DNA from: Macrostomum hystrix
Taxonomy: Eukaryota; Animalia; Platyhelminthes
Assembly: GCA_950097015.1 (NCBI GenBank)
Contig: CATNEN010000007.1
Span: 4,154,001-4,218,000 of the forward strand
Direction of reading: 5' to 3'
DNA length: 64,000 bases
Under the pieces are notes generated by a model. It was not told the origin of the DNA, searched no databases, and saw only the letters and a list, made by a program, of their open reading frames with translations. This document shows, in pieces, positions 46,793 through 60,194 of this stretch (position 1 is the stretch's first letter; every line of letters starts with the position of its first letter). Position numbers and translations under genes: made by a program.

Positions 46793-47633
46793 AAGATAAT
46801 TGTCTAAATGTGTACAAAATAATAATGTTTTCTTGTACTTGTGGGATCATGAAGTAAAAGGCAAATATTTTTATACATTTTTATCAATTCTACATGACAT
46901 TCACATTCCGAAATGTTCCTGGTCATTCAGCTTTGTCATTTTTTGGCTACTGTCATAACTGGTGATTAGGCCGTCATTGAAAAAGCTACTAGGCGGCAGA
47001 CGAACAGACGGGATGACAAGTGGCACGGAACAGAGGTGGCGGAGAGCGGCACGGAGGGGGGAAGGGGGGAAACGGAGGGTGGCCCCACTTATAACAGCGA
47101 CCGGAGGGGGGAGAGGCGAAGCCGAAAAACACACTGCGCATAATTTATGCGAGTGCGCGGGATTGGCTGGAGTTCTGGCTAAACAAATAAACAGGCAGAC
47201 GCTTAGATGTTCGTGACGCTTACTGCAAGTAAAAATGCAAGAGCATGAGACAAACCTATGAACATGGACCAAAAACCTTTATACAAGTTGGCGTATGGAT
47301 ATTGGCTAAGAGGATAGATTGGTAAAGTATAACTGCTACGTCTAAAATGGACTCATGACAACTAGGGGGATTACTCAACAGGCTGAGAAAAACGAGGGAA
47401 GAGATATTCATTATTACAAAGTTATTTAAGTTAAAAGGAATGCTAAAACGGCCCTTCTGAGGGCTACTTAAGAGGACAACGACTGAAAAAAGGAGAAAAA
47501 GCGATACAATCGGCCTCCTTAACAATTAATAACGTCATAGTCTTGCGTTGAAATCAAGAAATTGAAAACGAGGCATAGTCGTGGCATAGAGAAATGGAAC
47601 TGCAAAGGAAAGCTTAATAAAAGTAGGAATTAG

Positions 47634-48454
47634 TGTAACGGTGTAAATACATTATCAGTTTTAGTGTAAATATGTTTCATTTTTTTTGTTGTAAACGATT
47701 TATAAAAATACTCAAAAATCTAAAAATTAAATACGCGCTAAAAACAACAAAATTTAGTTTTACTCTTTACTATATTGAAAGTAGTACTGTATGAATATTT
47801 TTGTTTTAATGAAAACCGTGTAAAGATTATTTTGTTAAAATTCACAATTTAAACAAATGCTAAAAAACTCTTGTATATATAGCCGCAGTTCTTCAGACAG
47901 AAAAATAACCTCGCCGTGCGTGTAAGAGAGTGAGAGAGTGTGTGTGAGTAAAATTGTTGGCCGAAAGTCAAGTCATTGTTGAAGCTTTAAATTGTGTGTT
48001 CGAGATATAAAAGAGTGATTTGAGGAAAAGGAGTCATCTTGTTAGTCATTTGTGAGAAGATACTGAGAGATATACTGAGAACCATACTAAGAACCATACT
48101 AAGAACTATACTGAGAACTATACTAAGAACCATACTAAGAACTATACTGAGAACCATACTAAGAACTATACTCAGATTTATACTAAGAATATTACTAAGA
48201 GGGAACTGTTAAACTCTAATCTCGGGGACGCCCAATCGGCTGGAAAGTATATATAGTGCCTAATTACCGCTCGTGCAACACATACGCTACCATATTGAGG
48301 AGTTAAAACGGCCCATTTGAGGACCGCCAGTCTAAATATCTATTAAATTGAGACAGCAGCAGTAAGATCCGCCCTAGTACAACTTTGGTGGCATTCGTGG
48401 GATATTAAATATTATAGAATAGCCCTGCAACAACTTTGGTAGCAGCGGTGGGAT
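47634..48454 (+). mobile_element. LTR-like remnant ending in two tRNA-Leu PBS-like motifs
   Basis: Starts TGTAAC, contains TATAAAA and a 12-bp internal repeat (ACTAAGAACCAT, 48060-48200), and ends ...CA-ACTT-TGGTAGCAGCGGTGGGAT (48437-48454) with a decayed copy at 48386-48403. Boundaries uncertain. Confidence 0.5.
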
Positions 48455-49434
48455 AGTTAATTACCACCTGCAACATTAGTGCAAACTGTAAGTTATTTCT
48501 GGAGGATAAATCCGACACGCGGTGTGTGCGCATACATTGTTATTTGATTAAGCGCACGTACAAATTTTCGCTTATATAACTTGGAGTTGCTATTCCTGGT
48601 CTTCTAGAGGTCTGGTCGCAGCAGCAGAAACCAGGTGCCTCGCTTATCTTCCGATAAGGCGCCGCGTGTGAGAGACGAATTTTCAACTTCTTATCTGATT
48701 TGCCAATTGTGTGTGCTATGTTAAAGATATTTTCATAAAATTGGAAGCCTAGTTGCAGCTGCAGACAGCCGCACCGTGCATGCTTTCTTCAAGTCAAAAG
48801 TGAAGTCAATAGTGGGTCCATCTCAATTTTTCTGTGGCGGATATGGTGGTAAGTTGAGAAATATATAAAAGAATACCATTTTTGCATACCTTGCATTTTT
48901 AACGAAGGTCTTTCGGAAAGCAATAGAAGTGAGTACCACAAATACTAACAAAGGGCATTCGTTTTTTATTGGCGAAGGCACCTAGCCTGTGGGGTGGGCA
49001 GCACGATCAGCTAAAGGGTTCGTTCACACTGCCATCAAGTAACTCAGTGTTGCTGTGCATTTATTTATTGTTCAAATGAATGGTAATTATTAAAATAATG
49101 TACAATCGCATGTTCCATTCTCCTTTGATGGCAATGTGAACGAGCCTTAGGAGGGGTAGAAATTGGCACCGAGGGTCAGGGAAGCATGCCTAGCGAGACG
49201 AACCGACAGCCAATCAGAGGGCGGTGAGGAGAGAGAGAAACCATAGGGCGCAGTGAATTTACATCGGGCAATGCCACAGTGCCACATAAGATAAGCAGAT
49301 GGATGTACAGAAAAGCTGAATGGCATAGATTTCACTGCAAAATAATTAGTTGAATAGCACTTAGCAGCTCCACCAAGTCTGCATCACTGAAAGTTAGACT
49401 AATTCACCTCGAACTGCGACAGAGCTGCCAGCCG

Positions 49435-51565
49435 ATGCGTCAGTTCTTACGACCGGCACAATTTGCGGCCCTCGCTGGCTCGCTGATGCTGCTGCTGCTG
49501 CTGTTAACAATGACAAAGTTGACTGACCTGATTTCAAAGTCTTCGCGCTTCACGATACAGCAGCAAAATGTCGATATCTTCGAGAGAATCGTTCAGCAGC
49601 TCAGGCCGGATCAGACCGACCTGGCGGAGCTGGGGCAGCACGTTTTCAGCGCGTACTTCGATACCAGATCCACACTGGGCAACAGGAAGTATGTGCGCAT
49701 CATCTCAGTGCTGGATACGAAAGCCTATGAGAGCGAATTCATCTGCCAGTTTCTAAATGAGTCTGGCAGCTTGTCATTCAGCTCCATGGCCAGAAAGTCA
49801 GCCATCGGATCCGGAATGGGGCACAACAGGCACTACTACAAGGAGTTCGTGCTCTCCTGCCCAATCGCCAATGATACTAGCTTGGCAGCGTTTGTTTTCC
49901 TTCAGACTGGAGACGCCGCAATGAGGTCGCAGGTGGTGCGAGTGCGGCATAACCCGCTGTCTCTGAGCCAAACACCGGCCACCAAGCAGACGGTTATCAA
50001 CTGCGTGTCTGTAACCTTCGGACGGCCGAGCGAGCTTCGGCTGATCGAGTGGCTGGAAACTCAGAGGCTGCTCAAGATGGACAAAGTGGAGCTGCACTTC
50101 AGCCAACTGAAGAACATTGTGTTCGAAGCGGTGGCCCAGGCATACAGCTCTGAAGGATTTTTGAATGTTCGACGAATAGCCTGTCCGTTCTGCGAGCCAA
50201 GCAACCCGTGGCTCGAGCTGCTGCTTATGTCTCCAGCCATTAACCAGTGCTTCTACGAGGTAAGCCTGTGTAATGACCAGTAGTCCAACTGGTCTTATTG
50301 TCAATATTTAATGTTCATCAAGGGTGCCATAATTTCAAGACAGCATTGTGTTGTATTAGATGCTAAATGCTTGGATGTGCTAAACTTCAGAGACTCTAGA
50401 GCTGTTGAGATCTATGCTTCCAACTTATTTATCGCTTTAACAGTAGAACTACCAAGGGGGTTTTGATGCACCTGAACGGAGCAAATCAAGCATACGAAAC
50501 TCAAGAACACGGGCCAACTTTTTGTTGCGCATTTTCTGAAATAAGAATCACGTCGCCAGCTGTTCAGACCGTCGAGATATTCAATAGTTCCGGTCAGATT
50601 TTTCCCATAAGCGCTAGTGTATTTCAAACACCCCGATGTACGAATTAGCACTGCCCCTCAGTGCTGGCTTGCCAGGCCTTCAAAATTGATCAGCATGTCA
50701 CCCGAATGTGCCTGCATTATCTCCGCCTTCGGTGGTCACCTACCTTTATCTAGACGGCCTTGCTGGACCTTCAAGGGCTACAACAGGTGGAAATAGGCCA
50801 CGAATGATGCGAATTTCTCCAAGTTTACTGATCAAGCCTAAATATTAGGCGCAGCTCAACTGCAATGCACCATCGCCTAGTCTGTCAACCAATCAGACAC
50901 CACCAACGCTGGTAGCATTCGGGCGCTGCCCAAAAAAGTTTTTTTTAAAGCGTTTCGATACGGGCAGCAAAATGGCTTGGTAGTACTACTGTTAAGGACA
51001 GATTTAGTAAGTTGCTAAATTTGCAAAAACTTAATTCCAGAATCTCGGTGGCTATGAGTTCACGGCTGTGTTTGACTTGGACGAGATCATCGTGCCGCAG
51101 CAGCATGCGGACTATCCAAGTCTGCTGAATGCTCTGAGCCAGGCGGCAAGCGCCAACTCGTATGCGTTCCATAACTGGTACCACTTCAGCGAGCTGGGCG
51201 AGAACGCCTCCGTGGACGCGCGAATGTACATGCTGCGGCATCCATATAAGGTTAAGGACATCAGCCCACCTGGATACTCCATAAAGTCAATTCACCGCAG
51301 CTGCTGTGTGGTGGCCCTGCACAATCACTACAGCTGGGAAGACGCCCCGAATCCCGATACGCGAAACGCGCGGCACGATGTTGACCCCAATTTGGGGCTG
51401 AACGAGCATTTCAAGTCCTGCCACTTCGGTCCTGACCAGTGCAGCAAAATGACAAAGCGGGAGGACCGCAAGGACGGCTCCAGGCTCAACAAGTTGATGA
51501 CAAACGAGCTCACCGCGGCATTTCGAAGCAAGGTAAATCTGATTGTCAGCGTCACGGGTCACTAA
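49435..51565 (+). CDS. Glycosyltransferase family 92 (DUF23-like) type II membrane protein, 2 coding exons
   Basis: Exon 49435-50259 (N-terminal TM anchor, VFSAYFDTR, FVLSCP, CVSVTFG, RLIEWLETQRLL, AINQCFYE) then GTAAG...TTCCAG, exon 51041-51565 (FTAVFDLDEIIVP DxD motif, LHNHY). A further intron from the donor at 51531 is possible. Confidence 0.75.
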
Positions 51566-52101
51566 GGCAGTAGTGCTGATCCTAGCAATTGGCTATTGAA
51601 GCTGTGGACATTGGTTTTTACTGAACTTATACTGCAAGTCAGCATTGTTAAAGTTCATTATGTTTTGTAACTATATTGCTGCTGTTGTATATCTTGTTAA
51701 TTACTACTGTCCTATTCCAATATTTAATATATGGCAAAAATGTATACTGGAATCGTATTTCGCACAATTTAATGACTTGTTCGTGATTGTAATTTAATCC
51801 AAAATGTTAGTTCTTAAAATAGGCAAGTCTGGCGCAAAATCCTATAAGTATCCAAGCCATTTGAACCCGATTATAGAAGTGAGCGACTCGGGTCACAGGA
51901 GTGGAATCCCTGCTTTGATTAAAAATCTGAGTTGCAGACTCACCAGAATTCAAATTAGAGCACGAGCAGAGAATATGGCAAACTCTTGCTATGCTGAGCA
52001 CGAGTCATGCTGTCCAGCCAGTGTCAGCACCTGTGTTTTTGCTGCTAAAAATGAAGTCAATATTCAGCTTTACATGCTATCCGTGTTTAGCGAGTGGATG
52101 A

Positions 52102-53124
52102 GTGGCAGAAGTAGCTGGTGGTGGCGGCAAGGAGCTCGAAGCGAGCAGTATCATCCTGGTGGACCAGAACGCCTACCCTGCGTCTGTGCTGGTCCTCCTG
52201 GACAATCTCCTCGATAGGGATATGATCCCTCACAGCACGCATGGTAGGTGTGGCCCTGCTACACCAAGAAGGGATGCTTGCAGATGGTGTTCCGGCTTCT
52301 GCACGGCAGTGGCTTCAGTAACTCGGACTACAGAGATTACAGAGGACAGCAGGAGCCGCACCGAAGTGGGCTGTCAAGCTCCCGAGGGAGCTGAAATGAA
52401 CTGCCCGTACATGACCCATCCGGCTGCGACCTCGGACAACTTGAAATGGCAAAACGATAACCGAACCTTCGGCAGGGTCGAGTTTGTGAGCCTCACCTTG
52501 CCAGACAGCCGGCGGTTGATTGATGAGAAGAATGGCGTGTGTGTAAGTTACGGTTATTTCGAACGCGGTGTTTGCCTGTATTCAGCAGAGGAGTGGGCAA
52601 ACATGCCGGTTGACACCTGCACCACGATCGTTGCTGGAAAGTCTGATAATGCAAGTGACTCATTGTTGTCACTATTGTTACCGGAAGTATTTAATTATGT
52701 TAGCCTGGAATACCTCCTCCATACCTCCTCCATACCTCCTCCATACCTCCTCCATACCTCCTCCATACCTCCTCCATACCTCCTCCATACCTCCTCCATA
52801 CCTCCTCCATACCTCCTCCATACCTCCTCCATACCTCCTCCATACCTCCTCCATACCTCCTCCATACCTCCTCCATACCTCCTCCATACCTCCTCCATAC
52901 CTCCTCCATACCTCCTCCATACCTCCTCCATTATTGATCGCATCAAATTAGCCTGTGGAGGCAACCTGGTTAGCGGCTGTCCTTTTGTTTATACAAACGG
53001 ATGGGCAAAAGACATGCTAAACTGTGAAAAATCAATTACCATAGGATCTTTTAGAGAAGCCGATAAACTCAACTCGACAGAGGCAGCTTGCGTGCTCATC
53101 AGAGCCTACGGAACAGAATGCTGA
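52102..53124 (+). other. Coding-like Cys-containing segments of unknown identity (possibly a degraded ABCA extracellular domain) interrupted by an 11-bp repeat
   Basis: Open frame lying just upstream of the ABCA TM/NBD remnants. No diagnostic motif. Confidence 0.25.
52711..52930. repeat. 11-bp minisatellite CCATACCTCCT, about 20 copies
   Basis: Perfect tandem run. Confidence 0.95.
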
Positions 53125-53199
53125 GCTACTATCATAGCTCGCATGTCATGATCTCGCTGACTTTTCATGATACGAAGGCAGTTTTTACCTAACCCTAAG

Positions 53200-54148
53200 C
53201 CTCGTTTCTAAGAAATAGACGGAATAGCATCATCGGCGACCACTGTAAGCGGCATTTATCTGCACCAGCCGCATATCATAGCATCGCATTCATCCATTGT
53301 TGCACATTGTATTATCTGACCCTTAATCCTGTGCCTCTGGGAAAACAGACTTACATTGGTTTGTGCCTGCAATAATCCTCTCAGTTCACTGGCAGTCAGG
53401 TATTTGAAAAATTGAAATTGACGCCTCAGTAAAAGGAGAGATCGAGTCTATTGAAAAGTCGCCTAGAAACTCGAGCCGCATGTCAGAGTTGCGGCATCTC
53501 AGTGGGACATACCCCAACGGAACCAAAGGTGTGCAGGACGTCTCATTCACAGTCGCCACTGGCGAGATATTTGGGCTGCTCTGGGCGGGAAAGAGCACCG
53601 GCCGTACTGACGGTCATTATTGGTCACATCAGAGCAACTAGTGGTCACTGCGAAATTAGAGCTGACAATAACTGGAAGACCGTGTTCAGGCCGCCCGGTC
53701 AGGCTACATCGGCTTCTGTCCGCAGTACGATCCCCTGTACGCAGATCTCACCGGCAAGGAACACCTGGAGTTCTATGCATCGATCCTGGGCGTGTCCAAG
53801 TTGGACGCCGAAGAGCAGATTGACCTATTAGAAGGCTTGGAGCTGGAGAAGCACAAGAGCAAGACCACCAGACAGTTGTCTTGCGGCAATAAACGCCGAC
53901 TGTCGCTAGCCACGTCTCTCTTAGGCAATCCTCGATCACTCAACTGGCATGGACCAGGAAGGCGAGGAATCTCTATGGCAGGCTATCAGATCGGTTGCTG
54001 GGAAAAATTGCTCTATCATTCTGGACACGCAAAGCTAGGAGGGGGCGGAGGTTCTAGCTACCAGGATTGGCACCATGCCAGGATTGGCACCATGAGCCAA
54101 GGATTCCTCATCGGACTTGGCACTGTGCAGCAGCTAAAGAAGGAGTGA
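53200..54148 (+). pseudogene. ABCA-subfamily transporter NBD remnant with frameshifts and short deletions
   Basis: LRHLSGTYPNGTKGVQDVSFTVATGEIFGLLWAGKST (Walker A with a deletion), GYIGFCPQYDPLYADLTGKEHLEFYASILGV, QLSCGNKRRLSLATSLLGNP. Walker B region deleted. Confidence 0.75.
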
Positions 54149-55577
54149 GTTTTGCCGAGTATTTATTGCTTAAAGCTATTTATTACTTAAAGGCTTTAAT
54201 TATATATGAACATTAGCTAAATCAGTTATGGCTGCACTTCTCGATCAGACGAATAACTATTTTTCGAACTACCGAGCACTTATTGATCTGATACTGTACT
54301 TGATTTAACCCTTTAAAAGCATCTTGGCCGATCAATAACTCCTTAGCTCAAAGGAGTTATTGACCGCGGCCTCTCTAACAGTAATCTAAAAGTTTCACAA
54401 ATGTCTTTGCAATGGTGGTTATTGTTCGTTGCTTCAAGTCATAATATTTCGTACGTGTAACGTGTGTCATTAAAAAGAAGTAGCTCGTAGTATTTTCGCA
54501 TTCATATCGAGAATTGTGATTGCATGCTATAGAAATCTTCAGCGACTATGCCAATCGTTTGGTTACAATGATATGGAGCAGATGGAGATTAGCCAGTTAA
54601 GAAGTATAGAAGAGCAGAAATGAAACTCTTGGATATATGTATAAAATGTATATTTATTTATACTTATATTGAAACATTTATTTTTACATCTATACATGTG
54701 TTTATTTACTCATATGTATATATACATCCTTTTACTATATAGTTTTCTCATTATACGATTTTATGAGCTATTATATGAAGTCAACTGCGTAAGAACGCGT
54801 TAAAAGCACACGAAATGCAGCAAAGTAAAAATCGTCTTTTTTAGGCATATTTTACTTATAAAATTTGTTTTTTATTAGCGAAACACGGTACTCGATCATT
54901 TTTGTACGTGCCTTGAGTATATACGCTCGTAAAAACACGCAAATCAATATGAATGCACTTTTACGCAACTCGAATACCGGTGTACAAGCGTTCAAACAAA
55001 AAGTACAAACAATAATCTGAAAATATTTTTAGACCTTACTGGCATGCAATTAATATAGGTAAAAATAGTTTTAAAACATTCAAGTCATAAAATAAAAGCA
55101 CGAAAGTCTCGAAGCTTTGAATTCGCCATGCCCATTGTGAACGCGAAAGACGCGAACCCTCACGAACTACGAACTGGGAAAAATGCTCTGTCATGCCTCA
55201 GTGAGCTGGGAGATTCAGTTTAAACTGAAGTTGAGTAGCATCATCAAGGAGATCGTTCTTACTAATCAATCAGCAGAAAAAACCCGATCGGAAATTATTG
55301 AAGACGATTTGAAAATGTGAGTTATATGTATGTCACTTCTACTGGGTCCTCATCGAATCGTTTCGGGATAAATTGTGTGAAAATAATTAAGTAGAGTATT
55401 ATTTAGTGTTAATTTTGACATTGCCGTGACCTGTAAATTCAGAAACAGTATACATTGAGCAAGTGTTTTATTTAGATGAAATGTAATATAAAATATATAA
55501 CTTAAGTAAACTTGTTAATATTTAGATTAAAACAGGCAGAACTTCAATACTCGCATTTTATTGCCTAAAATAGAAAA

Positions 55578-58139
55578 TTGGAGACTGCCGCACCACCTGA
55601 GTCCAGTGTGGTCCTACGTCCGTTTCTTCACCCGGAGCTGTCAGCCGAATGTTTCAGCGAAGTAGCGACAACATCCGCTAAGACGGGCCACTGTCCTGGC
55701 TGCGAGCTGCTGCTGATGAGCCGCAGCTGCCGGCTGAGTGTTCGGGCATTTCGAGTCGCTGCCACAGCTCGGGAGGCTCACGTCGCCGTTGACGGAGGCC
55801 GCGCCCGCGTTGCTTGTTTGCGGACGGGCCCGGATGACGAATCTTCAGTGCTCGACGGAGGCTGGCGCTGGTTTTATCACGTGACAACCGAACCCTGCCG
55901 AGAAGTGCGAGTCCGAGTAAGCAAGGGCCAATACACTCACATGCGAGCACATAATATATAGTATTACACTCTGAAGGGCTTCAGACACTGCAACATTTTT
56001 GGTGGCTGTAGACCCGCAGCCAGCGAGAGGTGATTCTGCTCATTCCACTGACTCCTAAGCACACACGCACACAGGGGAGTGCTTCTGCCCTGACTTCTCT
56101 CATTGTCACGCAGTGTACAATCTCACTGTACCTTGGCTTGGGGGTTGGCCCTGCTGAGCGTGAGTCTTGCACAACGACTTTCCCAAGCCTTCAAGACAAG
56201 GCTGCGCTTCAAACTAATACGACCTTGCCGCGGATTCGAACTTAGAGACCTTCGTGAGTACAGCCGTGTCACTGTTAAATTACTAATCATTCAATAAATC
56301 GGACTCTCATAGAGCAAGTAAATTCTGAAGCGTGGAGACTTTCTCAGAGTTAAATGTGAATGAGTTTCTTTTGTTGCTGAGGAAAGCACGAGCTAGTCTA
56401 GCGAGTAGCGCTCAACCCGCCGATCGTAGCAGAATAGCAGCGAGAAAGCCGTGATTAAATGCGTCTTTGGTGTTGTACACGGAGACTTGGTCCGAAACAA
56501 TAGTCGGGGACGATTTGGAACAAAGCTCAAAGGAGTTATTGACTGCGGCCTCTCTTGCGCACCTGTGCCTCCTCATCATCATCATAATGATGATCATCAG
56601 TGTGTAGTTCAATCCTCTGCTGAGCAGCGGAGCGCGCTAAGTGATCAAACGCAACAAGCAGGTAGGCAGTGGGCCGAAAGATTGGGTGCCGAAGAGACAG
56701 CACAAAGGTGCAAGCAAACACTGAGGCGGATAGGCAGGCAGGTGTGCCTGCTCCTAATTGAACTCCTATACTCCTATTACGTCGTGTAAAATAACTCTTG
56801 CACCGATCGTCTCACAGGAACAGACATTCGTGGTCAAAATAGAGACCTTTGTGAGCACACCGTAGATGTGGGAAAGAACGAGTAGTATCGTCACGTATTT
56901 TAGATTTTTTTTCGAAAAATGTTTCCGAATGGACAGAATTGACAGTTGCAAAATGTTGCATTTTTTATAGAAGCTAATTACGAGTATATAATTGGTCCGA
57001 ATTCGTGTGCTCGTGCAGACGTTTTGGGTCGTAATTGTAAGCATTCGTTAGATAAGTTTGACATAAACTCCTATCTCGGCAGTGAGTCTCAGCCCAGTAA
57101 CAAGCAATTTGTGTCCTTAAGCGAAACACTTCAATTCTCTGTTAAAAATAGGTCTCTGATCCAGCTGGGAGAAAAAATTAGGTCTGGTGTGGCGGCCTGC
57201 CCAGTCCATGGACTGAAACAGCTGTACACAGCCCTTTGAAGCGCCGCGACTTGCATCCGACCCAACTGGTCTCAAATTTATTACGCCTGTTGTCCTGTGT
57301 ACAGGCGTACTTCTTCTTATTGATTATTGATTATTGGGTACAGCAGGTAACTTTTTATGCTTTCAAGACTCTGAAATAAGTCTTGCTAACGTGCAGCAAG
57401 CACACAGGCTAGCAGATGGAGAGTGTTCTCTGCCGTAACTACATAAGTTGGTTGATCTCAATTTTGAGAACCCTGGAGAGTAAAGACTTAAACAACTAAA
57501 AACAGGACTCGGCAGGCGTCAACTTGAGCACACCTCAAACCGCACTTGATTTCCGAGGAAAAAGCATACCCGACTTGCAGGAACCGATGAAGTTTCGATC
57601 TCAAATGAAGCTGCTCATCAGTCCGAGAAGTGCATGCGACAAAACTGCTTAAATTTGCCTCAATTCTTTTTTTCAGAAGAGACCTCGACAGCAGCTCACC
57701 GGGCCCCGTGTTTCTGAATATAGTTTTTGACAATTGCAGAGAAGCTTTAAACGCTTTACATTATGTCATAGGAAGCATTGTGCTGGTACAGGCTGTATAT
57801 AATACGAGTGTAATTATGATCAACTTATTCAATCAACAATTCGGCCCGCAGTTTGCCTCACTTCACCAAGCCGGTCGCCTTCACCTTGGCGGGGTCCAGT
57901 GTCTCCTAGAGGAGATTCCAGATGCTATCGGCAGTAAGGCGGATGCTGCGGCGACAAGCCAGGAGCTGGACTGCAACCGATGTGACTTCGAGGAACTGGA
58001 CGACGGCACGGACGGGCTTAGCGGCTGGCTTTGTTCTCGACTGGACGGGCTCGAGCAAAGAATCTGCGACAGACTCGATGCCCTGGAGTGTCGGTTGAAG
58101 ACCTGTCAAGGATGTCAAGCTGCTGACCAGAGATTCTAG
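55578..58139 (+). CDS. Putative multi-exon gene of unknown function with a C-terminal coiled coil (weak resemblance to C10orf88/PAAT)
   Basis: GC-rich exon-like blocks at 55578-55915 (CELLLMSRSCRLSVRAFRVAATAREAHVAVDGG) and about 57865-58139 (LDGLEQRICDRLDALECRLK). Middle exons not resolved. Confidence 0.3.
56150..56278 (-). mobile_element. tRNA-derived SINE-like head
   Basis: Minus strand reads ...CTGTACTCACGAAGGTCTCTAAGTTCGAATCCGCGG (B box). Confidence 0.4.
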
Positions 58140-58184
58140 CTGCAGAGAAGCGCACTCTAAGCTCTCAGATATGACGAGCGGGAG

Positions 58185-59000
58185 AATAAGTGCCGATAAG
58201 ACAGGTGTAAGAAATGTCAGACAGGACAGGTATCAGCAAAGAAATGTCAGACAAGACAGGTGTCAGCAAAGAAGTGTCAGACAAGACAGGTGTCAGCAAA
58301 GAAGTGTCAGACAAGACAGGTGTCAGCAAAGAAGTGTCAGACAAGACAGGTGTCAGCAAAGAAGTGTCAGACAAGACAGTTGTCAGCTAAGAAATGTCAG
58401 ACAAGGTCTATGTCAGCTAAGAAATGTCAGACAATGTATATTTCAGCTAAGAAATGTCAGACAAGACAGGTGTCAGCTAAGAAATTTCAGACAGGACAGG
58501 TGTCAGCTAAGAAATGTCAGACAAGACAGGTGTCAGCAAAGAAATGTCAGACAGGACAGGTGTCAGCTAAGAAATGTCAGACAAGGTATATGTCAGCTAA
58601 GAAATGTCAGACAAGACAGGTGTCAGCAAAGAAATGTCAGACAAGACAGTTGTCAGCTAAGAAATGTCAGACAAGGTCTATGTCAGCTAAGAAATGTCAG
58701 ACAAGGTCTATGTCAGCTAAGAAATGTCAGACAAGATATATGTCAGCTAAGAAATGTCAGACAGGACAGTGTCAGCTAAGAAATTTCATACAGGACAGGT
58801 GTCAGCTAAGAAATGTCAGACAAGACAGGTGTCAGCAAAGAAGTGTCAGACAAGGTATATGTCAGGTAAGAAATGTCAGACAAGGTATATGTCAGCTAAG
58901 AAACGTCAGACAGGACAGGTGTCAGCTAAGAAATGTCAGACAAGACAGGTGTCAGCTAAGAAATGCCAGACAAGACAGGTGTCAGCTAAGAAATGCCAGA
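58185..59000. repeat. 30-bp minisatellite GTCAGCTAAGAAATGTCAGACAAGACAGGT, about 27 copies, with degenerate copies continuing to about 59230
   Basis: Tandem periodicity. Explains ORFs 58171-59071. Confidence 0.95.
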
Positions 59001-59807
59001 TAAGACAGTACTCGGGTGTGAGGGAATTGTTATTTAAGAGGTGTCAAATACGAATTTGTCAAATAAGATAAATGTCAGGGACAGACGATATAAAAGGATG
59101 CAGATGTCAGGTACAGAAGTGTCGGTTGAGAAAGGTATGAAATTTTCAGATGAGACAGATATCAGAGAAAGTGTCAGACTGGCCAGAACTCAGAAAAGAC
59201 AAGTGTCGCAGAAGAAAACTTAAAGACAACTACAGGTGTCATGAGTTAACTTTTTATGTTAGATAAAGCGACTAACTTTAGCACCGACGTGGGTGAACAA
59301 TTGCCAACTGAAGCGTGTGTTAGCTAGCTCATCATAACAATCCAGAATTTAATATTTAAGCTCCATTATGCTTTGTAGTCGAGTCGAATGAAATCTAAAT
59401 AAAAAGATTCTGATAAAATTCTCGCAGATTGTCCATCCATGTGTTTGTCTTCATTTATCTGTGAAGATAAAACTATCATTACTATAATCGCTTGAATACT
59501 ACTGCCTCAAGTAGGCAAGTATGGTTAACAGAATCCAGAAGCTTCCAATAAGTTTTCTAAACTAGCTTTAATATCGAGACATGGGTCGCCCAAGTCTTGG
59601 TTTTGATCCCGATTGAAGTCTTTGTCATTCACCAAATAAAAAACGAAGCACTGAGCAATCAGAACATGTCAGTTATTATGTTTTTTTTCAATCCAAAACA
59701 CTGAATCCTAATTCAGAGCTTGTGTACTCAGTATATATTTTGCCATATTCTAGGTACACAAGAGAGACGGCTGCTGGGAGTCCGCTGCTATCGTCAGTTC
59801 AGTTGGT

Positions 59808-60194
59808 TCATTCGTCACCCTCAGCCTCGTCGGCCTCGTCGCTGTTGATGTTGAAGTAGCGCAGATCGAAAGACTCCCGGCCAGAAGCGACCACGCGCAA
59901 GTAGTCTCTGAGGGAGTTCTTTTTCAGATACTTCTTGGTCAGGTACTTCAGGTAGCGCTTGGAGAACGGAATATCTGCCGAGACAGTCAGCTCGTTTTTG
60001 CTCCGCTCAACACTGACCAGATTCTGCAGATTGTTGGTCTTGCCCTGCACTTTAATCCGCTCTAGGAGAAACTTTTCAAAGCTGACAACATCCATGATGC
60101 CGTCCTCCACTGGCTGGGTGCAGTTTAGTCGGAACTTCAGGGTCTGACGCTTGCGCTTGGACTTCAGGTTGGAGCGGCGAGGCACCTTCGGCAT
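59808..60194 (-). CDS. RPL22: 60S ribosomal protein L22 (eL22), 128 aa, no coding-region intron
   Basis: [37 protein letters not shown]...[28 protein letters not shown]...LRYFNI with an acidic tail. Likely ATG at 60194, 10 nt after a TTACAG acceptor. Confidence 0.95.
   Translation of the reverse strand: MPKVPRRSNLKSKRKRQTLKFRLNCTQPVEDGIMDVVSFEKFLLERIKVQGKTNNLQNLVSVERSKNELTVSADIPFSKRYLKYLTKKYLKKNSLRDYLRVVASGRESFDLRYFNINSDEADEAEGDE

Noticed and set aside
54305-54316. TTAA|CCCTTT as a piggyBac end
   Set aside because: No matching AAAGGG|TTAA partner or transposase seen in the window.
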